Program-made: the position numbers and the translations under genes
NCBI GenBank assembly: GCA_964558575.1
Contig: CAZLEQ010000005.1
Location: forward strand, 3,743 to 67,742
Direction of reading: 5' to 3'
Length of the DNA stretch: 64,000 nucleotides
From: an uncultured Acidimicrobiaceae bacterium
GTDB lineage: Bacteria; Actinomycetota; Acidimicrobiia; Spongiisociales; ZC4RG35
The notes under the pieces: model-generated
Told to the model about the DNA's origin: nothing
Databases searched by the model: none
Seen by the model: only the letters and a program-made list of their open reading frames with translations
Shown: positions 58,151-64,000 of the stretch, piece after piece
Numbering within the stretch: the stretch's first letter is position 1
Layout of the letters: every line of letters begins with the position of its first letter

Positions 58151-58819
58151 ATGGCGCTTCGAGTATTGCTGGTCGACGACCACGAGGTCGTTCGAGCCGG
58201 CCTGAAAGCCCTCATCGACTCCCAGGAGGACATGACCGTGGTCGGTGAGGCGGGCACTGTCGAGGATGGGGTGCGTCGTGTGGGGTTCGACGAGCCCGAC
58301 GTGGTGGTGCTCGACGTGAGACTCCCCGACGGGAGCGGCGTGGAGGCCTGCCGCGACATCAGAGAGCGCTTTCCCGAAGTGAGAGTCCTCATGCTCACCT
58401 CGTTCGCCGACGAGGAGGCTTTGATGGCGGCGATCCTGGCAGGGGCGTCGGGATACGTGCTGAAACGCATCAAGACCGAAGACCTCATTGGCGACATCCG
58501 CAAGGTGGGGTCCGGAGAGTCGCTGCTCGACCCTGAGATGACCGACCGGCTGTTCCAGCGGTTGCGGACCGGGTCGTCCGAGGATCCTCTGCTCGGTCAG
58601 CTCACCAAGCAAGAGAGGACGATCGTCGAGCACATCGCCGACGGGCTCACCAACAAGCAGATCGCCGAGGAGATGTTCCTGGCCGAGAAGACGGTCAAGA
58701 ACTACGTCTCGAACGTTCTCGCCAAGATGGGCATGAGCCGGCGCAGCGAGGCGGCAGCCTACGTGGCCCGCGTCCAGGCCGAGAAGGAGTCCACGGACCT
58801 CCCCGAGAGCTGGAACTGA
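58151..58819 (+). CDS. DosR/DevR-like NarL-family response regulator
   Basis: VDDHEVVRAGL, LDVRLPDGSG, LTSF, GLTNKQIA..MFLAEKTVKNYVS. Confidence 0.93.
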   Translation: MALRVLLVDDHEVVRAGLKALIDSQEDMTVVGEAGTVEDGVRRVGFDEPDVVVLDVRLPDGSGVEACRDIRERFPEVRVLMLTSFADEEALMAAILAGASGYVLKRIKTEDLIGDIRKVGSGESLLDPEMTDRLFQRLRTGSSEDPLLGQLTKQERTIVEHIADGLTNKQIAEEMFLAEKTVKNYVSNVLAKMGMSRRSEAAAYVARVQAEKESTDLPESWN

Positions 58820-58820
58820 C

Positions 58821-59228
58821 TCACAGCGGTTCCAGGACGATCACCGGTATCTCGGCCCTCGTCGTTCTCTGCTCGTACTCGGCGAAAAAGGCGTGGTCCG
58901 ACTTCTGGCGCTCCCAGATGACTGCCCTCTCGTCCCCGTGCACAAGCCGTGCCCGCACCTGGATCGCGTCGGTGCCGACCTCGATGATGGTGTCGGGGTG
59001 GGCGCGCAGGTTGTGGTACCAGTCAGGGTTGGTGTCGGCGCCGCCCTTGGAGGCGAAGACGGCAAAGCCTCCCTCTACTTCTTGGTACATCAGGGGAGTC
59101 ACCCGCTCGATTCCCGTCCTGGCCCCCCGATGGTGGAGCAGGAGTAGGGGCCTTCCCTCGAACGGGCCGCCCGGCTGGCCTCCACCGGCTCGGAACTCCT
59201 CTATGACGCGGGCATTCCTGTCACTCAT
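58821..59228 (-). CDS. Deazaflavin (F420)-dependent nitroreductase family protein
   Basis: EEFRA.GG, GARTG..R.TPL, ASKGG...NPDWYHNL. Confidence 0.92.
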   Translation of the reverse strand: MSDRNARVIEEFRAGGGQPGGPFEGRPLLLLHHRGARTGIERVTPLMYQEVEGGFAVFASKGGADTNPDWYHNLRAHPDTIIEVGTDAIQVRARLVHGDERAVIWERQKSDHAFFAEYEQRTTRAEIPVIVLEPL

Positions 59229-59249
59229 GTCTGGGGGGAGGTTTGTTAC

Positions 59250-59759
59250 TCATAGCTCGATTATGGGCATCTCCATGGTGTCCTCGATTCGTGCCCCGGG
59301 TACCAGCAGGACCGGGAGATGTGAGTTGACCATGACCCGCGCCGACACGCTCCGCCAAGCCTCCTCCGTGAAGAGTCGACGGGTAGCCCCCATGACCACC
59401 AACTCGGCGTCGACCCCCGACGCGGTCTGGATGATGGCCTCTGCGGGGTCGTCACCCTCGACGAAGTGGACGTCGGACTCGATCTCCTCCGCAGCCAGGG
59501 CAGCGCGTATCGGATCGACGGCGCGTCGGCCCCTCTCCTCCAGGTATGCGGCCGCCTTCTCCTCCTCGGTGGAGCTCTGGTCAGGAGCGTCGTCGAGAAA
59601 GGATCGTCTCACATCGTCGTCGAGGGACTCGAGGAACGACCGGGGCACTCTGATGACGGTCATCAGCGATACCGACTCGTCGTTGCCGATCAGCTGCCGG
59701 CAGAACTCAGCGGTGGGAGCCGCGGGCAACACGCCAGTCGTGGCTATGAGGATCCGCAC
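59250..59759 (-). CDS. Universal stress protein
   Basis: ILIAT, GDDPAEAII, LVVMG, SVSARV....PVLLV. Confidence 0.8.
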   Translation of the reverse strand: MRILIATTGVLPAAPTAEFCRQLIGNDESVSLMTVIRVPRSFLESLDDDVRRSFLDDAPDQSSTEEEKAAAYLEERGRRAVDPIRAALAAEEIESDVHFVEGDDPAEAIIQTASGVDAELVVMGATRRLFTEEAWRSVSARVMVNSHLPVLLVPGARIEDTMEMPIIEL

Positions 59760-59797
59760 CGCGGGAACATTAGGGTTGCGAGCCCGGATACGCAGAG

Positions 59798-60301
59798 GTG
59801 AAAGTGGACCCAGATCTCATCAACAATGTCACGTTCAAGATCCCCAATGCCTTGGCCCTGATCGGGTCGGCGTCGGGAGAGGAGTGGAACGGAATGACCG
59901 CCAGCTGGATCACCCAGCTCTCCATGGAGCCGGTGATCATTGGAGTCGGTATCGACAACAAGGCGGTGACCCATCGCCTGATCTCAGAAGGCGGTTCGTT
60001 CACCGTGAATCTCTGGTCGTCGGAGGACACCAAGCCTTTCGTCAAGTTCTCCAAGCCCGCCGAACGTGACGGCAACACCCTCAACGGTCGCCCGGTGACC
60101 ACCGCCACCACCGGCGCCCCGGTCTTCGAGGAGGCAATCGCCTGGATGGACTGTGCGGTGAGACAGGCGATCAACCTGGGGACCCACACCCTGTTTCTCG
60201 GCGAGATCGTCGACGCCGCGATCAACGACGGCGATCAGCGGGCCGCTGCCATATCCGACACCCGGATGAAGTATGGCGGCGTCAAGCGCGGCGGTCTCTA
60301 G
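59798..60301 (+). CDS. Flavin reductase family protein
   Basis: NGMTASW..Q.S.EP, FTVN, GAPV, GTHTLFLGEI. Confidence 0.9.
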   Translation: MKVDPDLINNVTFKIPNALALIGSASGEEWNGMTASWITQLSMEPVIIGVGIDNKAVTHRLISEGGSFTVNLWSSEDTKPFVKFSKPAERDGNTLNGRPVTTATTGAPVFEEAIAWMDCAVRQAINLGTHTLFLGEIVDAAINDGDQRAAAISDTRMKYGGVKRGGL

Positions 60302-60313
60302 GCAGGAGAGGGC

Positions 60314-61090
60314 ATGGAAATCTCAGTTGAGGGCAAGGTCGCCGTGGTCACGGGGGCGAGCCGCGGCATCGGACAGGAGACCGCCCGGGAACTGGCGACC
60401 AGCGGAGCGCGCGGCGTGGTCATCACTTCGCGCAAACAGGAGAACGTCGATCAGTCGCGTGCCGAGCTGATCGAGTCGGGAGTCGACGGTGACAAGATCC
60501 TGGCGGTCGCGGCCCGGGCCGACGACGAGGATGCCGCCCAGCAGGCCGCCCGAGCAACGGTGGAGACCTTCGGCTCGTGCGACATCCTGGTCAACAACGC
60601 CGGCACCAACCCCGCCTTCGGGAACCTCATGGAGGTCGATCTCGGCGCGCTCGACAAGACCTGGGCCGTCAACATGCGGGCTCCACTGCTCTGGGTTCGG
60701 GCTACCCATGCCGTCTGGATGGGGGAGCATGGGGGTGCGGTGGTCAACGTCGCCTCCGTGGCCGGTCTCCGCCCCAGTCCCCTCATGGGCGCATACAACA
60801 TCTCCAAGGCGGGCCTGGTGCACATGACCCGTCAACTCGCGCTGGAGTTGGCTCCCGGCATCCGGGTCAACGCCGTGGCTCCCGCGGTGGTGAAAACCCG
60901 GCTCGCCGGGGCGCTGCTCGAGGACGAGGGAGCGACCGCGGCCCTGCATCCCTTGGGGCGGGTTGGTGAGCCCGAAGACGTGGCCCGTCTCATCGTCTTC
61001 CTCGCCTCGGACGCCTCGAGTTGGATGACGGGCGCCGTAGTCCCCGTAGACGGGGGCGTGACCGGGGCCGGTTCGTCCGGCATCTCGTAG
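60314..61090 (+). CDS. SDR family oxidoreductase
   Basis: TGASRGIG, NNAG, YNISK. Confidence 0.93.
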   Translation: MEISVEGKVAVVTGASRGIGQETARELATSGARGVVITSRKQENVDQSRAELIESGVDGDKILAVAARADDEDAAQQAARATVETFGSCDILVNNAGTNPAFGNLMEVDLGALDKTWAVNMRAPLLWVRATHAVWMGEHGGAVVNVASVAGLRPSPLMGAYNISKAGLVHMTRQLALELAPGIRVNAVAPAVVKTRLAGALLEDEGATAALHPLGRVGEPEDVARLIVFLASDASSWMTGAVVPVDGGVTGAGSSGIS

Positions 61091-62229
61091 TGACTCACCC
61101 AGCCCCCGATCCCGATCTCGCGCTCCGTTACTTGACCGGAGAGACCCGAGACTCCGAGCTGCTCGATCATGCCGCCAGGCTGCGTGACGATGGCAAGGGG
61201 CGTGTCATCACTTACAGCCGCAAGGTCTTCATCCCCCTCACGACTTTGTGTGTCGACCGCTGCTCCTACTGCACCTTCGCCAAGGCGCCAGGGGCGGGGG
61301 GCGTCTACCTGGAGCCCGAGGAGGTGTCGGCGGTGGCTCGCGCCGGGGACGCCCACGGCTGCACCGAGGCGCTCCTCACGCTGGGTGACCGCCCAGAGGA
61401 GCGCTGGCCCCAGGCGAGGGAGTTCCTCGACGGGAAGGGACTGGAGACCACGATCGATTATGTAGCCGAGGTGTCAGCGCTCATACGAGCGGAGACCCGT
61501 CTCTTCCCCCACGCCAACCCGGGCCTGCTCTCCGACGACGACTTCGGACGGCTCCGGCCCACCAATGCCTCGATGGGGATGATGCTCGAGAACATCTCGC
61601 CTCGTCTCACCGAGAGAGGGATGCCACATCACGGGACTCTCACCAAGTCGCCCTCCAAGCGGGTTGCCACGATCGAGGCGGCTGGGAGGCAAAAGGTCCC
61701 GTTCACCACGGGGATCCTCGTCGGGATCGGGGAGAACAACCAGGAGATCGTCGATTCGTTGTTCGCATTGCGTGATCTCGCCGAGAGAACGGGGGCCATC
61801 CAGGAGGTGATCGTCCAGAACTTCCGGGCCAAGGCCGACACCCGGATGCGTCACAGCGCCGAGCCAGTGCCCCGTTGGTTCGCCCGGGCGGTGGCACTGG
61901 CTCGCTGGATCATGGGGGCGGAGGCCAACATCCAGGTGCCTCCCAACCTCACCGAGACTTACGAGATCTACCTCGACGCCGGGATCAACGACTGGGGTGG
62001 GGTGTCACCGCTGACCATCGACTGGGTCAACCCGGAAGCCCCGTGGCCGCATCTCGATGAGCTGTCCGCTCGCACTGAACAGGCGGGCTTTGAGCTGCGT
62101 CCCCGGCTGCCGGTCTATCCCGAGTACATCGACGAGGAATGGATCGACCCAGGCTTGGTTGTCGATGTCAGGGCGGCGAGCGACCAAGATGGTCTCGCTG
62201 CAATCGGAACGATGCCGGGAGTGAGATGA
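61090..62229 (+). CDS. cofG: FO synthase subunit CofG (radical SAM)
   Basis: TYSRKVFIPLT.LCVDRCSYC, PHANPG, EVIVQNF, Q.PPNL, DWGGVSP, NPEAPWP. Confidence 0.93.
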   Translation: MTHPAPDPDLALRYLTGETRDSELLDHAARLRDDGKGRVITYSRKVFIPLTTLCVDRCSYCTFAKAPGAGGVYLEPEEVSAVARAGDAHGCTEALLTLGDRPEERWPQAREFLDGKGLETTIDYVAEVSALIRAETRLFPHANPGLLSDDDFGRLRPTNASMGMMLENISPRLTERGMPHHGTLTKSPSKRVATIEAAGRQKVPFTTGILVGIGENNQEIVDSLFALRDLAERTGAIQEVIVQNFRAKADTRMRHSAEPVPRWFARAVALARWIMGAEANIQVPPNLTETYEIYLDAGINDWGGVSPLTIDWVNPEAPWPHLDELSARTEQAGFELRPRLPVYPEYIDEEWIDPGLVVDVRAASDQDGLAAIGTMPGVR

Positions 62230-64000
62230 CAGTCACCTACCTGAGAATGAGGCCCGCTGAGATGCTCGCCGAGCCGACCGCGGTGAGTCGCCGTCGGGAA
62301 GGGACCACTGCGATCGAGATGGGCGCGCCGACCCCGTCCGATCTCTCCACGGCCTATCAGGCGGGTGTCTTGGTCGCAGCACGAAGTGTCGGAGACGTCG
62401 AGCCTGCCGCCTGGGTGCTCCCCCCTGCCCAGGCGCGAGACCTGTCTCCGCAGCCGTGGCGTCTCACCATCCTTGACGACGGTTCCCGGGAGCTCGTCCT
62501 CGAAGCGCTCGCTCGAACCAGAGCCGCCTATCTCCGCACCACCAGGTCCAACGTCGCCAGGGCAGTCGATCTGGCCCGTCTCCCTTCTATCTGGTCTCGG
62601 GTGTCGGTGTTCGTCGACGACGTGGACCAGGCGCTCGAGGCCGTGGGCCAGGGAGCCACCGATCTCCTACTCCGCGACTGGAGCCAGGAGCGGATCGGTG
62701 AGCTACGCGATGCTCTCCACGTCCCGCTGACCGAGCGCACCCTGTTCCCGGTCGGTCTCGAGATCGACGCGGCACGTGACAGCCTGCCCAGGGAGGTCTT
62801 CACCGCATGGCTGTCCCAGGTCGATGGCTCCGGGGCGGCGCGGCCCCGGTACGAGTGGGCACCGGGCAAGGACCTGCCACCACCGGTGCCTGCCCGTCGG
62901 CTCTCCGCGGAGTGGCCCGACGCGGTCTGGGTCGATGGCGCGGCGCCCGAAGGCCCCGACGGCGCCGGCGATCTCTCCCCGATCCTGGAGCGATCGCTGG
63001 AAGGCATTCCGCCCACTGTCGGGGAGATCGAGCAGCTGTTCCGGGCTCGTGGTGACCAAGTCGATGCGGTAGCTCATGTCGCCGACGTCCTCAGGCAACA
63101 GTCAGTCGGCGACACGGTGACCTACGTGGTCAACCGAAACATCAACTACACCAACCTCTGCTACTTCAAATGCGGGTTCTGTGCCTTCTCCAAAGGCCCC
63201 AAATCCCTCAATCTGCGTGGTGAGCCGTATCTCATGGGTCTCGAGGAGATCGTCGGATTGGCCCGGGAGGCATGGGATCGCGGCGCCACCGAGGTGACCC
63301 TGCAGGGTGGTATCCATCCCGACTTCACCGGCAACTTCTATCGGGAGGTGGTCGAGTCGATCAAGGCCGAGATGCCCGAAATGCACATCCACGGGTTCAC
63401 GCCTTTGGAGGTGTGGCAGGGAGCCGAGACCCTCGGCGTCACCGTACGCCAGTTCCTGACCGAACTGCGTGACGCCGGTCTGGGAACGCTGCCCGGCACC
63501 GCCGCAGAGATACTCGACGACGACATCCGAACCCATCTCTGCCCGGACAAGATCCGCACCTCGCAGTGGGCGGAGGTGATGATCACCGCCCACGAGCTCG
63601 GTCTGAGGGCGACCTCCACGATCATGTTCGGCCACATCGACCATCCCCGCTCCTGGGCCAACCATCTCGAGGTGATCCGCCAGATCCAGCGTCGCACCGG
63701 AGGCTTCACCGAGATGGTGCCGCTGCCGTTCGTCCACATGGGGTCACCGATCTTCCTGCGCGGCCGGTCACGTCCCGGCCCCACCTGGGACGAGGCGGTT
63801 CTGATCCATTCGGTGTCCCGGATCGCCTTCGACGGCCTCATCGACAACATCCAGGCTTCCTGGGTGAAACTGGGCCTCGATGGGGGAGTGCGTCTCCTCG
63901 AGGCGGGCTGCAACGACCTGGGCGGCACCTTGATGGGCGAGATCATCACCCGCTCCGCCGGCGCCGAGCACGGCCAGGAGGTCACCCCGGCCCAGTTCGT
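62226..64000 (+). CDS. cofH: FO synthase subunit CofH with long N-terminal extension (runs off window)
   Basis: Open frame from the ATGA overlap; VTYVVNRNINYTNLCYFKCGFC, LQGGIHP, PGTAAEIL, NIQASWVK, NDLGGTLM. Confidence 0.9.
   Translation, partial: MTVTYLRMRPAEMLAEPTAVSRRREGTTAIEMGAPTPSDLSTAYQAGVLVAARSVGDVEPAAWVLPPAQARDLSPQPWRLTILDDGSRELVLEALARTRAAYLRTTRSNVARAVDLARLPSIWSRVSVFVDDVDQALEAVGQGATDLLLRDWSQERIGELRDALHVPLTERTLFPVGLEIDAARDSLPREVFTAWLSQVDGSGAARPRYEWAPGKDLPPPVPARRLSAEWPDAVWVDGAAPEGPDGAGDLSPILERSLEGIPPTVGEIEQLFRARGDQVDAVAHVADVLRQQSVGDTVTYVVNRNINYTNLCYFKCGFCAFSKGPKSLNLRGEPYLMGLEEIVGLAREAWDRGATEVTLQGGIHPDFTGNFYREVVESIKAEMPEMHIHGFTPLEVWQGAETLGVTVRQFLTELRDAGLGTLPGTAAEILDDDIRTHLCPDKIRTSQWAEVMITAHELGLRATSTIMFGHIDHPRSWANHLEVIRQIQRRTGGFTEMVPLPFVHMGSPIFLRGRSRPGPTWDEAVLIHSVSRIAFDGLIDNIQASWVKLGLDGGVRLLEAGCNDLGGTLMGEIITRSAGAEHGQEVTPAQF

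Noticed and set aside
1-64000. Mobile elements, prophage, defence systems, tRNA/rRNA
   Set aside because: No transposase, integrase, phage, cas or nuclease motifs and no cloverleaf or rRNA signatures seen by eye

Overview
High-GC, densely coding chromosomal segment of an actinomycete, most likely class Acidimicrobiia (inferred from actinobacterial LexA and DosR boxes, F420 genes, frequent leaderless starts and Thr-rich lipoproteins). I found no rRNA, tRNA, CRISPR array, transposase or prophage gene. Main content: an SOS mutasome split into imuA-imuB (1.8-3.9 kb) and dnaE2 (37.4-40.7 kb), each with its own LexA box; icmF, valS, rarA and a lone ccmF; an ECF-promoter-driven MoxR/DUF58/triple-VWA operon; a three-gene module (YLDxGSGS micro-protein, kinase-like/methyltransferase fusion, Thr-nucleophile sulfatase-fold membrane enzyme); an RRM gene behind a ~100-nt SD-sequestering hairpin; paired DnaA boxes upstream of a lytic transglycosylase; an AroQ-hydrolase fusion; a ~12 kb DosS/DosR-type hypoxia island containing an apparently orphan TPP aptamer; and cofG followed by a cofH with an extra, possibly vestigial CofG-like N-terminal domain. 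All calls come from reading motifs by eye; no searches or folding programs were run.
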